A stretch of DNA of 64,000 nucleotides from Methylocella sp. (GCA_037200525.1 JBBCGG010000001.1:85526-149525); one strand, 5' to 3'. Positions 1 to 9,513 are shown, counted from the first letter of the stretch. Translations and numbers: made by a program. The notes: generated from the letters alone by a model not told the origin.

Positions 1-326
1 CCGCCCGGCAACTGCAAAGCCTCGGCGCAAAAGCCGTGCTCATCAAGGGCGGCCACGCCGAGGGCGCCTCCTCCGACGATGTTTTGTTCGACGGTCCTGC
101 CCGCCAGCTTTTTTCGGCGCCCCGCGTCGCGACTAAGAATACGCACGGCACCGGCTGTACCCTATCGTCGGCGATCGCCGCCTATCTTGGCCATGGCCTG
201 CCGCTAGCCTACGCAGTTGGCGCGGCGAAATCCTATCTGACAGGCGCGCTCAAAGCCGCCGATGAGCTGAACGTCGGCCACGGACATGGCCCAGCGCATC
301 ATTTTTATGATCTTTGGCGGAATTGA
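1..326 (+). CDS. thiD: hydroxymethylpyrimidine/phosphomethylpyrimidine kinase, C-terminal part (5' end outside window)
   Basis: Frame is open from the window edge. The motifs LIKGGH...THGTGCTLSSAIAAYLGHG...GHGHGP are typical of the ThiD C-terminus. Confidence 0.85.
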   Translation, partial: ARQLQSLGAKAVLIKGGHAEGASSDDVLFDGPARQLFSAPRVATKNTHGTGCTLSSAIAAYLGHGLPLAYAVGAAKSYLTGALKAADELNVGHGHGPAHHFYDLWRN

Positions 327-1069
327 CGTCGCCCTACAAAAACACGATGCGCCCATCAACCTTGGAGCCAACCTGTCGGATCGACTCCAGATAAGCGATC
401 ACGTCTTGCGCAACGAGCCGGTTGCCGGAATCGACCGTCATCGTCGAATCGCCCGCCAACATCCCATAGCCGTCGCCGCCGAGAGCGAGAAAATCATTGG
501 TCGCGAGCGAATAGATGCGCTCGAGATCCAGTTCCTCGCCATTGATTGCGACGGATCTTACGCGAGCGCCGGGCTTTGCCGCCGGATCGACCGTTGCTTT
601 GATTCCCGCCACTTGCGGAAAACGCCCGCTATGGCGGCCAAGCTGCGAAAAGCCATTCTCCAGCGCGGCCAAAATATTCTTGCCCGAGATCTTGGCGACG
701 ACTGTCTTGTTGCCGAACGGAAGCTCGTCGAGAATATCGCGCCGAGTCAGCGTTGAGCCGGCGGCATAAATCTTGTCGCCTCTAATTCCGCCGCCGTTGA
801 TGATGACGGCGTTGGCTCCCGTCGCCTTGATCAGCGCGTCGGCGAAAAGATCGCCGATGGCGGCTTCCCGCGTGCGCACTATTTCCGTGCGGCTGTCGAG
901 CGGCGTCTCGAGCGTTGCGATCTCAACGTCGAAGGTTTTTCGCAAGCTCGCTTCATACGCGGCGACTTTTTGCAGAATGGCGGGATCCGGGGCGACCGTC
1001 GCCGTGTCGACGACGCGGAAATTCGGCCACCAGGAGATCGGCCCGGATGTCTTAGGCAGTAGTGACGAA

Positions 1070-1564
1070 TTACCTGAGCATGATAGCAATAGCGGCGAGC
1101 AATACGAAGCCTCGGTAGTTTGCGAGGAGCTTGTCGTATCGGGTTGCGACGCGCCGGAACTGCTTCAGTTTATTGAAGAAACGCTCGACGAGATTGCGCT
1201 CCTTGTAGAGCGCCTTGTCGTAGGGGAGCGGCGCGCGGCGATTGGATTTTGATGGGATCACCGGCTCAGCCTCACGCATAAGAACAGCCTTGCGCAAGTG
1301 ATTGGCGTCATAACCTTTATCGGCGATGATCGCATCGGCCGCAAAGCCTTCGATCAGGGCGTGCGCTTTTGTGATGTCGTTGCGCTGCCCAGGTCCGAGA
1401 AGGAGCCGAACGGGGTTGCCGAGCGCGTCTGTCGCGGCGTGGATTTTGGTGCTCAAACCACCGCGAGAGCGGCCCAGGCCTTGGGCATCCGCCCCCCTTT
1501 GGCGATCCTTGCGCCGGCCGCGTGCTGATGGGCGCGCACGATTGTTGAGTCGATCATCAGCCAT
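1070..1564 (-). CDS. IS5-family transposase, orfB (DDE catalytic part), reached by a -1 frameshift from orfA
   Basis: GRSRGGLSTKIHAATDALGNP...ADKGYD...YKERNLVERFFNKLKQFRRVATRYDK is the DDE_Tnp_1 signature. The orfB frame is -1 relative to orfA, and the overlap contains an A3G6 run. Confidence 0.85.
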   Translation of the reverse strand: MADDRLNNRARPSARGRRKDRQRGADAQGLGRSRGGLSTKIHAATDALGNPVRLLLGPGQRNDITKAHALIEGFAADAIIADKGYDANHLRKAVLMREAEPVIPSKSNRRAPLPYDKALYKERNLVERFFNKLKQFRRVATRYDKLLANYRGFVLLAAIAIMLR

Positions 1565-1839
1565 TCGAGATCGGCCTCGGCGGTGAATGCCTCAAGAAAT
1601 CCGTCCAAGGCGCCGCGCTCGATCCAGCGATAGTAGCGGCGTTTCACCGCCTGATGGTCGCCGAAGCGTTCGGGCAGATCGCGCCAGCGGCCGCCCGAGC
1701 GGGCCATCCATAACAGCGCGTCGACGAAGCGTCGATTGTCGCAGCGCGGCACGCGCTGGCCGGCTCTTCCGCCTGGCACAAGATCACAAAGCCGCTCCCA
1801 TTGATCGTCTCGCAGCGCATCGACATCCCGAATCATCAA
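1453..1839 (-). CDS. IS5-family transposase, orfA (N-terminal DNA-binding part)
   Basis: RRFVDALLWMARSGGRWRDLPERFG...YYRWIERG...MIDSTIVRAHQHAAGA is the typical IS5/IS427 InsE-like N-terminus. Confidence 0.85.
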   Translation of the reverse strand: MMIRDVDALRDDQWERLCDLVPGGRAGQRVPRCDNRRFVDALLWMARSGGRWRDLPERFGDHQAVKRRYYRWIERGALDGFLEAFTAEADLEWLMIDSTIVRAHQHAAGARIAKGGRMPKAWAALAVV

Positions 1840-2974
1840 GGCTGATCTCCAAAAATCAGCCTTGAATCATGGAAAGATCCTCGCGAGAATCCCCCAAACG
1901 CCGAATTCGTCACCACGGCCTAGGAACCGCGATGTCGATATCGACAATGCTGACGTAATTGGCGTCCTGCTGCGATTCCATCAGCCCCGTGCGGCCATCG
2001 AAATCAATGTGCAGGTCGTGATTATGGCCGGATAGAATAAAATCGACGCTATGGGCGTCCATCAAGGCGCCGCCCGTCGCCTTGTCGGCATGCACGATGG
2101 CGACGATAAAATCCGCTCCCGCGCCCTTGGCGATTTTTGCCGCATCGTTCACGGTCTGGAAGGTCGGCGCAAAGACGAGATCGCCCGGGCGCGAGGCGCT
2201 GGGCGAGGCGTCATAGGCCGACCCGATCAACGCCAGCTTGAGGCCATTCACATCGATCAAAACCTGATCTTCGTGATGCGGCAGTTTCTGCCCGGCGCTG
2301 TCTCTCAGATTGGCGGCCAGGATCGAAAAGCGGGCCTCGCCCATCCGCTGCAAATATACATCTCGGCCGAAGTCGAACTCGTGATTGCCGGGCGTGAAAT
2401 ATTCGATGCCGGCGTCATTGAACAGCTCGATCATATGAGCGCCCTGATCGAGGGTCGACATCACGCTCGGCGATAAAGTATCGCCCGCGTGGACGCAGAT
2501 GAGGCGGCGGTTTTCGGCCTGCGCCCGCGCCCGCTCCGCCGCGACCACGGCGGCAAAACGCGGCAGGCCGCCGCGCCGGTCGGCATTTTCCGACATCCGA
2601 TAGACGTCGTTGACGAGAAGGAAACCGAGCCGGATGACCGAGCCTGCGGCTTCCGCCTCCCGCGCGAAGGCGGCGGCCCCCGACGCTAGAATGGCGGTCA
2701 GGGTTTCGCGGCGCGTGAAGTTCAGCATGGCTATTTTAGTCCGCAGAGGGCGATGGCCAAGACTATAGCCTGTTCAAGCTTCATTTTCACGCGGGGCCAG
2801 CTGTTGGCGATAGGTGAGTTTGAAAGCTGCTCTCGACCCTTAGCTGACCGTCGCGGCTGATGGCATAAAGTTAAATTGTGGCCGGAAAGGAGACCGGTTG
2901 CTTCGGAGCGCGCAGACCGAAGAGCGGCCATAGCGCTTCAGGTGCGAAGGCGCAGGGTGTTGGAAGGCTTGCAG

Positions 2975-3940
2975 TCACATTTCATTATCCACCTCGCTCT
3001 TGAGGGCCTGATTCCCTGATGCTTCGGATTCAAATGTGGCCGTTTCGTCGTGCAATCTTTCTCTAAGTCTCGGCGCTGCGAAATCCAGAAACGCCCGCAA
3101 TTTTCTGGGCAGCAGCCGTTGCCCGGCATAGACAAGGCTGATCGGCCAAGGCGGCAGTTCATAGCCTTCAAGTATGATTTCGAGTCGCCCCGCGCGGTTT
3201 TCCTCTATGATCTGATAAGACAGTAGCCGCGTAAGCCCGAGGCCGGCGACGGCCCCCGCCACCGCCGCCTCCGCTGTCGTCACAGTCAATCTCGATCGGA
3301 TCGGCACGAGACCATCGCCTTTTGGGGATGAAAAACGCCATGCCTCAGGCGATGCAAGATTATCGAAAGTGACGCAGACGTGGTTCCGCAAGTCTTCCGG
3401 CTTCCGCGGCCGGCCATGGACCGCAAGATAAGACGGACTGGCGCAGGTCACGCGACGCGCGGTCCCGACCCTTGCGGCGATCAAACTGCTGTCGCCCAGT
3501 TCACCGATCCGCAACGCGACATCGACATCGGATTCCAGGAGATCCACCAGCCGATCGGCGAGAACCAGCTTGAGATCGATATCGGGATATTCGGCCAGGA
3601 AATCCGAAATGATGGGGATCATATGGACGCGGCCGAACACGATCGGAGCCGTCACGGTCAAGCGGCCCTTAGGGTCTTTGTGAACGCCCATGGCGCCACG
3701 TTCCGCTTCCTCGACCTGTTCGAGGATGCGTTTGCACGCTTCGACATACAGCCGTCCCGCTTCCGTCAGGTTGAGACGACGGCTCGACCGGTTCAGCATG
3801 CGCGTTTTCAGATGCGCCTCAAGTTCCGCTATTCTTCTACTCACTGTGGCCAGAGGCACATCCAGCTGCTTGGCGGCTGCCGAAAGACTGCCAGCCTCCA
3901 CAACCTTCAGCAAAACCGCCATCGCATTGAATCTGTCCAC
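2975..3940 (-). CDS. LysR-family transcriptional regulator
   Basis: N-terminal HTH (DRFNAMAVLLKVVEAGSLSAAAKQLDVPLATVSRRIAELEAHL) plus a LysR substrate-binding domain. A GTG at 3940 is preceded by GGGAAGA; the ATG at 3964 is an alternative start. Confidence 0.9.
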   Translation of the reverse strand: MDRFNAMAVLLKVVEAGSLSAAAKQLDVPLATVSRRIAELEAHLKTRMLNRSSRRLNLTEAGRLYVEACKRILEQVEEAERGAMGVHKDPKGRLTVTAPIVFGRVHMIPIISDFLAEYPDIDLKLVLADRLVDLLESDVDVALRIGELGDSSLIAARVGTARRVTCASPSYLAVHGRPRKPEDLRNHVCVTFDNLASPEAWRFSSPKGDGLVPIRSRLTVTTAEAAVAGAVAGLGLTRLLSYQIIEENRAGRLEIILEGYELPPWPISLVYAGQRLLPRKLRAFLDFAAPRLRERLHDETATFESEASGNQALKSEVDNEM

Positions 3941-4193
3941 GATCTGTCTTCCCAAAACCAGCAAACTAACTTCTCAGAATCGAGGGATTACCACGATGAT
4001 TGCGATGATATACCACTGACCGCAGTTGAAGCGTCCGATCGCATTTCGGGGCGTCGTTGTAGGATGGAAGGCAATTTGCGCCGCGAAGCGGGTCTTCTCG
4101 GGCAAAGCTCCATGGGGTGAGGCGCCAGACCCGGTATCCAGCGGCTCGGGGAGCCGAGCCCATCAACCGAAAGACGATCCTTAGGAGATGGCC

Positions 4194-5081
4194 ATGAGCG
4201 AAAAATCTGCATATCCCGTTACGCACCACCAAACCGCCACGGTAGACGGCGTGAAGATTTTCTACCGCGAGGCCGGTCCGAAGGACGGACCAGCCGTCTT
4301 GCTGTTGCATGGCTTCCCGACGTCCTCGCACATGTTCCGCAATCTGATCCCGTACCTAGCGGATCGCTATCGCGTCATCGCGCCGGACTATCCCGGCTAT
4401 GGCCAAAGCGACGCGCCCGACTTCAAGTCGTTTTCCTACACTTTCAAGAAGTTCGGTGAGTTGGTGGATGGGCTGCTTCGCCAGTTGGGGGTACAGCGCT
4501 ACGCCATGTATGTGATGGACTATGGCGCGCCCGTCGGCTGGCAACTGGCGCTGCAGCATCCTGACGCCATCACCGGGCTGATCATCCAGAACGGCAACGC
4601 CTACGATGAGGGGCTGAAGGAATTCTGGGATCCTATCAAGATTTATTGGGCTGACGGCAAGAAAGAGAGCCGCGACAAGCTTCTGAACTTGGTCGCGCCG
4701 GAAACCACCATTTTCCAATATACGGACGGCATCTCCGATAGGACGCGCATTTCGCCTGACAACTGGACTCACGACCAGCCCCTGCTGGACCGGCCCGGCA
4801 ACGCCGATATCCAGATGGACGTCATGTACGACTATCGAAACAACCTGCCCCTCTATCCCAAAGTGCAGGCTTGGCTCCGCGAGAAGCAACCGCCAGCGCT
4901 CATCATCTGGGGCAAGAACGATTTCATTTTCCCCGAACCCGGCGCCCATCCCTATAAGCGAGACCTGCGCGATCTCGAGTTCCACCTTCTCGACACCGGC
5001 CATTTCGTGCTTGAGGACAAGGCCGACGAGGTCTTCCCACTCATCCACGACTTCCTGGACCGTAAGGTGGCCGGCGCGTAG
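4194..5081 (+). CDS. alpha/beta-fold hydrolase (epoxide hydrolase / haloalkane dehalogenase-like)
   Basis: HGFPTSSHMFR..., nucleophile-elbow region MDYGAP and C-terminal GHFVLEDK. Divergent from the LysR gene. AGGAG lies 6 nt upstream of the ATG at 4194. Confidence 0.85.
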   Translation: MSEKSAYPVTHHQTATVDGVKIFYREAGPKDGPAVLLLHGFPTSSHMFRNLIPYLADRYRVIAPDYPGYGQSDAPDFKSFSYTFKKFGELVDGLLRQLGVQRYAMYVMDYGAPVGWQLALQHPDAITGLIIQNGNAYDEGLKEFWDPIKIYWADGKKESRDKLLNLVAPETTIFQYTDGISDRTRISPDNWTHDQPLLDRPGNADIQMDVMYDYRNNLPLYPKVQAWLREKQPPALIIWGKNDFIFPEPGAHPYKRDLRDLEFHLLDTGHFVLEDKADEVFPLIHDFLDRKVAGA

Positions 5082-5109
5082 CGCGTCAGCGAACTCCGGG
5101 GAGATATCC

Positions 5110-5394
5110 TTGAAAGACTATGCCGCAGCGCTAGCCGCCGGGACGTTGGTCGGGGTCATCTAAGCCCTCATCAACGTCCGCTCCCCCGCGCCTCCGATCA
5201 TCGGCCTCGTAGGCTTGCTTGGGATTCTGCTTGGCGAGCAGGCGGTTCCCCTGGCCAAACGACTGATAGCCTCGCAGCCCGTCACGATCTCGTGGCTAAG
5301 GGAGGAGTGCGAGCCGCACGTGCTTGGGAAACTGCCGGTCGGCCGCACCTCTGCGCTCGAATCAGGGCCCAAGGAGGCGGAGCGCTACGAGTGA
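5110..5394 (+). pseudogene. XapX-domain (DUF1427)-like small membrane protein ORF interrupted by an in-frame TAA
   Basis: A TTG at 5110 follows GGGGAG. The frame reads LKDYAAALAAGTLVGVI-TAA(5161)-ALINVRSPAPPIIGLVGLLGILLGEQAVPLAKR. As recalled, the family has Tyr at the stop position. Confidence 0.45.
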
Positions 5395-5589
5395 CCTGTA
5401 AACCGCTTTGAGGCCGGCGCTTGACCTGTTCACGCACGCACCGAGGTAAGCGCGCTCGATCCCGCGCTCTTCGTCCGCCACCCGAAGCAGAAATATCCAG
5501 CAGCCGAACCTCAGCCGCACCCATCCAAATCACGTCCCCGCCCCGGCGGCGATTGACATTGCCGCCGACCCTTGCGACGAAGCGGCCAC

Positions 5590-7167
5590 ATGAGCGCTCT
5601 CGATCCGGTCTCCCGGCGGCGAACCTTCGCCATTATCTCCCACCCCGACGCGGGCAAAACTACGCTGACCGAAAAGCTGCTGCTGTTCGGCGGCGCGATT
5701 CAGCTCGCCGGCGAAGTGCGCGCCAAAGCCAACCGCCGTCAGACCCGCTCCGACTGGATGGGAATCGAGCGCGAGCGCGGCATCTCGGTCGTCACCTCGG
5801 TGATGACGTTCGAATATGGCGATTGCGTCTATAATCTGCTCGACACGCCGGGCCACGAGGACTTTTCCGAGGACACCTACCGCACCCTCACCGCCGTCGA
5901 TTCCGCCATCATGGTGATCGACGCGGCCAAGGGCATCGAGGCGCGCACGCGCAAGCTCTTTGAGGTTTGCCGGCTGCGCGACATTCCGATCGTGACGTTC
6001 ATCAACAAGCTCGATCGCGAGACGCGCGACCCGTTCGATCTGCTCGACGAGATCGAAAAAACCCTCGCCCTCGATGTCGCTCCAATCACCTGGCCTCTCG
6101 GCAGCGGGCGCAGCTTCATCGGCACCTATGATCTTGAACGCAATGTCGTGCGCCGGCTCGACCGCGACGCCGCGCCAAGCCCGGTCAGCGGTCCAAACGA
6201 TCCGCTCATCAAAGGGCTGATGAGCGAAGCCGATTTCGAAACCACCCGGGAACAAATCGAACTGGCGCGCGGCGGCCTCAAAACCTTCGATCGCAGCTCC
6301 TTTCTCGAAGGCCATCTGACCCCGGTGTTTTTCGGCAGCGCGCTGCGCAATTTCGGCGTGCGCGATCTGATCGACGCGCTGGCGAAATTCGCTCCGCCGC
6401 CGCACGGTTTGGAGGCGGCCTCGCGCCATGTCGATGCGCGCGAAGACAAAATGACCGGCTTCGTGTTCAAGATTCAGGCGAATATGGACCCAAACCACCG
6501 CGACCGCATCGCCTTCATGCGGGTCTGCTCGGGCAAATTGCGGCGCGGCATGAAGGCCAAGCTGGTGCGGACGGGGAAAAATATCGCGCTGAACGCGCCG
6601 CAATTCTTCTTCGCTCAGGATCGCCAATTGGCCGAGGAAGCCTTTGCGGGCGACGTCGTCGGCATTCCCAACCACGGCACATTGCGCATCGGCGATACGC
6701 TGACGGAGGGCGAGGACCTCGTGTTCCGCGGCGTGCCGAGCTTTGCCCCCGAAATTTTGCGGCGGGTGAAGATCAGCGACGCGATGAGGGCGAGAAAGCT
6801 GCGCGAGGCGCTGAGCCAAATGGCCGAGGAAGGCGTCGTCCAGATGTTTTTGCCCAATGACGGATCAGGCGCGATCGTCGGGGTGGTTGGCGCGCTGCAG
6901 CTTGACGTGCTCGCCGACCGGCTGGAGGCCGAATATGGTCTTAGCGTCAGTTTTGAAACCAGCCGCTTTGAAACCTGCCGCTGGGTGACGGCCAAAACTC
7001 CGGCCGAACTCGAGAAATTTACGCAGGCGCATCCCTCGTCCATGGCGGCCGATCTCGACGGGGCCCCAGTTTTCCTCGCGGCGTCAGCCTGGGATCTGAA
7101 ATACGAGCAGGACAAATGGCCGGAAGTCACTTTTTCCGACATCAAGGACTATCAGAAGACTGCATAG
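5590..7167 (+). CDS. prfC: peptide chain release factor 3
   Basis: RRTFAIISHPDAGKTTLTEKLLLFGGAIQ, DTPGHEDF and NKLDR GTPase motifs, with full-length RF3 architecture. Confidence 0.95.
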   Translation: MSALDPVSRRRTFAIISHPDAGKTTLTEKLLLFGGAIQLAGEVRAKANRRQTRSDWMGIERERGISVVTSVMTFEYGDCVYNLLDTPGHEDFSEDTYRTLTAVDSAIMVIDAAKGIEARTRKLFEVCRLRDIPIVTFINKLDRETRDPFDLLDEIEKTLALDVAPITWPLGSGRSFIGTYDLERNVVRRLDRDAAPSPVSGPNDPLIKGLMSEADFETTREQIELARGGLKTFDRSSFLEGHLTPVFFGSALRNFGVRDLIDALAKFAPPPHGLEAASRHVDAREDKMTGFVFKIQANMDPNHRDRIAFMRVCSGKLRRGMKAKLVRTGKNIALNAPQFFFAQDRQLAEEAFAGDVVGIPNHGTLRIGDTLTEGEDLVFRGVPSFAPEILRRVKISDAMRARKLREALSQMAEEGVVQMFLPNDGSGAIVGVVGALQLDVLADRLEAEYGLSVSFETSRFETCRWVTAKTPAELEKFTQAHPSSMAADLDGAPVFLAASAWDLKYEQDKWPEVTFSDIKDYQKTA

Positions 7168-7250
7168 CGGCGGCTTCAGAGCTCTGATCGCACAACTTTG
7201 CCTCGCGTTTTTGTTCATGGTTTGTTTTAAAACCGCCGCGCGCTCGCAGC

Positions 7251-7547
7251 TTGGCCCTCGATCTGAATCGTTTGGACGGGGGTTTTGTCGGCGCGATCGA
7301 GCGTTTTGAAGCCGAGTTTCTGACGCGGCGGCCGATCGCGCGCGCCATCTTTCCCGGGCAGCGTTCGCCAATTGCGCCGCCTGCCTCGGCCATCGTCGAG
7401 CGCCCGCGCGGAGCTCTGCTGATGGCCGCAACGGAGGAGACCTTCTCCATCGACAATCCGGCCCATCTCGCCGCCGCGGGCGACATTCTCGCCGCTCTCG
7501 CCCCCTTCGAGGCTCCGCCCTGGCCACCCGACGCCATGCCCGAATGA
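7251..7547 (+). CDS. hypothetical protein (98 aa, TTG start)
   Basis: It is the only ORF in the 490-bp prfC/DUF4239 gap with gene-like G/C-rich third codon positions. I recognise no family. Confidence 0.35.
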   Translation: MALDLNRLDGGFVGAIERFEAEFLTRRPIARAIFPGQRSPIAPPASAIVERPRGALLMAATEETFSIDNPAHLAAAGDILAALAPFEAPPWPPDAMPE

Positions 7548-7668
7548 GGAGCCGCGACTCCTCGGTGCTCGCGGAAGTTGACGGCCAGCCGACGCGCGCC
7601 CAAGATAAAGGCAGCTGATCGATTTCGAGCGCCGCGGCCAATGCGTTGCGATTGAAGGGGTGGCGGCA

Positions 7669-8460
7669 ATGGACTTAGCGCGGCAGCTCTCCGAGCTTCC
7701 AGTATGGCTGGCGGCGATTCTCGTCGTCGGCTTGCCGACCGCCGTCGCGGTAGCCTGCTCCGCCGCCGTTCGCAGGCAGTTCGGCTTTGAAGGATTGCGG
7801 GCGAATAATGAAGTCGCCGGCTTCAAATTCGCCGTTCTTGGCGTGGTCTACGCCGTTCTCCTCGGCTTCGCGGTCATCGTCGTCTGGGAAAAATTCCACA
7901 CGGCCGAGGTCGCCGTCACGCACGAAGCCGGCGTGGCGGCGACGCTTTTCAGGCTCTCGGACGGACTCCCGAACAGCGACAGGCTGATATTGCGCACGCA
8001 GCTCAGCGCCTACATTGATGCGGCGATCGAGGATGACTGGCCGGCGATGGCTCGGGGCGCGGCCAGCCCGAAGGTCACGCAGGCGGTCAATAACCTCTAT
8101 AAGACGGCGTTGGCGAACCAATCGGACGACTATCGAGGGGTCGCAATTTTATCTGAAATTTTGCGGCAGCTCGATCTCCTGACGCAAGAGCGCCGCACGC
8201 GCATCACGTTCGCGGAGGGCATAGTCCCTGGCGTCGTTTGGGCGGTCTTGCTATTTGGAGCCGTGGCGACGGTCAGCTTTACTTTCTTCTTTGGCACGCT
8301 TTACGCGGCCGCCCAGCTTGTCATGACTGGGCTGCTGACCGCCGTTATCTTCACGGCGCTGCTGGTGATCTTATCGATTAACTGCCCGTTCACCGGGCCG
8401 ACCAGCGTGAGCAGCGAGCCGCTGGCCAAGGTGCTCAAAGAATTCGGGGAAGCTCGCTAG
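7669..8460 (+). CDS. DUF4239-like membrane protein
   Basis: TM helices flank a soluble segment, and VAGFKFAVLGVVYAVLLGFAVIVVWEKF resembles the DUF4239 family. Confidence 0.65.
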   Translation: MDLARQLSELPVWLAAILVVGLPTAVAVACSAAVRRQFGFEGLRANNEVAGFKFAVLGVVYAVLLGFAVIVVWEKFHTAEVAVTHEAGVAATLFRLSDGLPNSDRLILRTQLSAYIDAAIEDDWPAMARGAASPKVTQAVNNLYKTALANQSDDYRGVAILSEILRQLDLLTQERRTRITFAEGIVPGVVWAVLLFGAVATVSFTFFFGTLYAAAQLVMTGLLTAVIFTALLVILSINCPFTGPTSVSSEPLAKVLKEFGEAR

Positions 8461-8478
8461 AAGCGCCCCGCTCCCCTA

Positions 8479-9513
8479 TCACGCCGCTTTTTGCTTCGGC
8501 GCGATCAGCTTGCGGTTGATCAGCATCTCCGCGATCTGAACCGCGTTCAGCGCCGCGCCTTTGCGCAAGTTATCGGCGACGACCCATAGCGAGAGGCCGT
8601 TCTCGATCGTCGGATCCTCGCGGATGCGCGAAACATAGGTGGCATCCTCGCCCGCCGCCTCATGCGGAGTGATGTAGCCGCCCGACTCGCGCTTATCGAT
8701 CACGAGGCAGCCCGGGGCTTCGCGGAGGATTTCACGCGCCTCCTCTGCGCTGATCGGATTCTCGAACTCGATATTGACCGCTTCCGAATGGCCGATGAAA
8801 ACCGGCACCCGGACGCAGGTGGCGCTAAGCTTGATCTTGGGATCAAGGATCTTCTTGACCTCGACCATCATCTTCCATTCCTCTTTGGTCGAGCCATCCT
8901 CCATGAAGACGTCGATGTGGGGAATGACGTTGAAGGCCATGCGCTTCGGAAATTTCTTCGATTCGACCGGATCCGACACGAAAATCGCCCGTGTCTGGGC
9001 AAAAAGCTCGTCCATAGCTTCCTTGCCGGCCCCCGACACCGATTGATAGGTGGCGACGACGACGCGCAGAATCTTGGCCTTGTCGTGCAAGGGCTTCAGC
9101 GCCACCACAAGCTGCGCCGTGGAGCAATTTGGATTGGCGATGATGTTTTTCTTGGAAAAATCGACGATCGCGTCGGGATTGACCTCGGGCACGATCAGAG
9201 GCACGTCGCTGTCATAGCGCCAGGCCGACGAATTATCGATGACGACGCAGCCCTGCCGCCCGATCCTTGGCGACCACTCCTTCGAGACCTCGCCTCCCGC
9301 CGACATCAGGCAGATATCAACTCCGGTGAAATCGTAGTTTTCAAGGGTTTTGCATTTCACGATCTTGTCGCCAAAGGACACTTCGGTCCCGATCGACCGA
9401 GACGAGGCGAGCGCCACGACCTCGTCGACCGGAAACCGGCGCTCCGCGAGAATATCGAGCATTTCGCGCCCGACATTGCCCGTCGCGCCGACGACAGCGA
9501 CCTTGAAACCCAT
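8479..9513 (-). CDS. asd: aspartate-semialdehyde dehydrogenase
   Basis: MGFKVAVVGATGNVG Rossmann start and the active-site region NPNCSTAQ. GGAGA lies upstream of the ATG at 9513. Confidence 0.95.
   Translation of the reverse strand: MGFKVAVVGATGNVGREMLDILAERRFPVDEVVALASSRSIGTEVSFGDKIVKCKTLENYDFTGVDICLMSAGGEVSKEWSPRIGRQGCVVIDNSSAWRYDSDVPLIVPEVNPDAIVDFSKKNIIANPNCSTAQLVVALKPLHDKAKILRVVVATYQSVSGAGKEAMDELFAQTRAIFVSDPVESKKFPKRMAFNVIPHIDVFMEDGSTKEEWKMMVEVKKILDPKIKLSATCVRVPVFIGHSEAVNIEFENPISAEEAREILREAPGCLVIDKRESGGYITPHEAAGEDATYVSRIREDPTIENGLSLWVVADNLRKGAALNAVQIAEMLINRKLIAPKQKAA

Larger units (their letters stand above)
1055..1920 (-). mobile_element. IS5-family insertion sequence (IS427/IS1031-like subgroup), about 866 bp
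   Basis: Terminal inverted repeats GGCAGTAGTGACGAATT (1055-1071) and the reverse complement of 1904-1920, GGCCGTGGTGACGAATT, match at 15/17 positions. Flanking TA(G) direct duplication at 1053-1055 and 1921-1923. Two overlapping transposase ORFs lie inside. Confidence 0.85.
334..2728 (-). pseudogene. bifunctional metallophosphatase/5'-nucleotidase (UshA-like) gene split by an IS insertion
   Basis: N-terminal fragment 1921-2728 has a Tat-like signal (TRRETL) and a calcineurin-like metallophosphatase domain (GDTLSPS, GNHEFD, GHNHD). C-terminal fragment 334-1054 is a 5'-nucleotidase C-terminal domain. Removing the IS and one copy of the duplication joins the fragments in frame (..DIDIAVP-KTSGPISWWPNF..). 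Confidence 0.8.

Noticed and set aside
4143-4160. Hairpin GGCTCGG-ggag-CCGAGCC upstream of the alpha/beta hydrolase gene, considered as a riboswitch or attenuator
   Set aside because: It is a single short stem with no U-tract, no alternative pairing partner and no leader ORF. Most likely it is just 5'-UTR structure in the LysR-controlled promoter region.
5530-6819. 429-aa minus-strand ORF opposite prfC. Similar long antisense ORFs lie at 12488-13792, 15811-16599, 20819-21919, 24152-25396, 27086-28639, 32917-34308, 37580-38863, 39888-40832, 49193-49822, 59939-60961 and 62711-63580.
   Set aside because: Each lies opposite a gene with unmistakable family motifs. Their products are Arg/Ala/Gly/Asp-rich with no recognisable motifs. 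These are typical shadow ORFs of high-GC DNA, where stop codons are rare in antisense frames.
7084-7826. Three overlapping minus-strand ORFs (175-199 aa) across the prfC/DUF4239 gap
   Set aside because: They are extremely Arg/Ala/Ser-rich and mutually overlapping in different frames. They also run into the ends of well-supported plus-strand genes.
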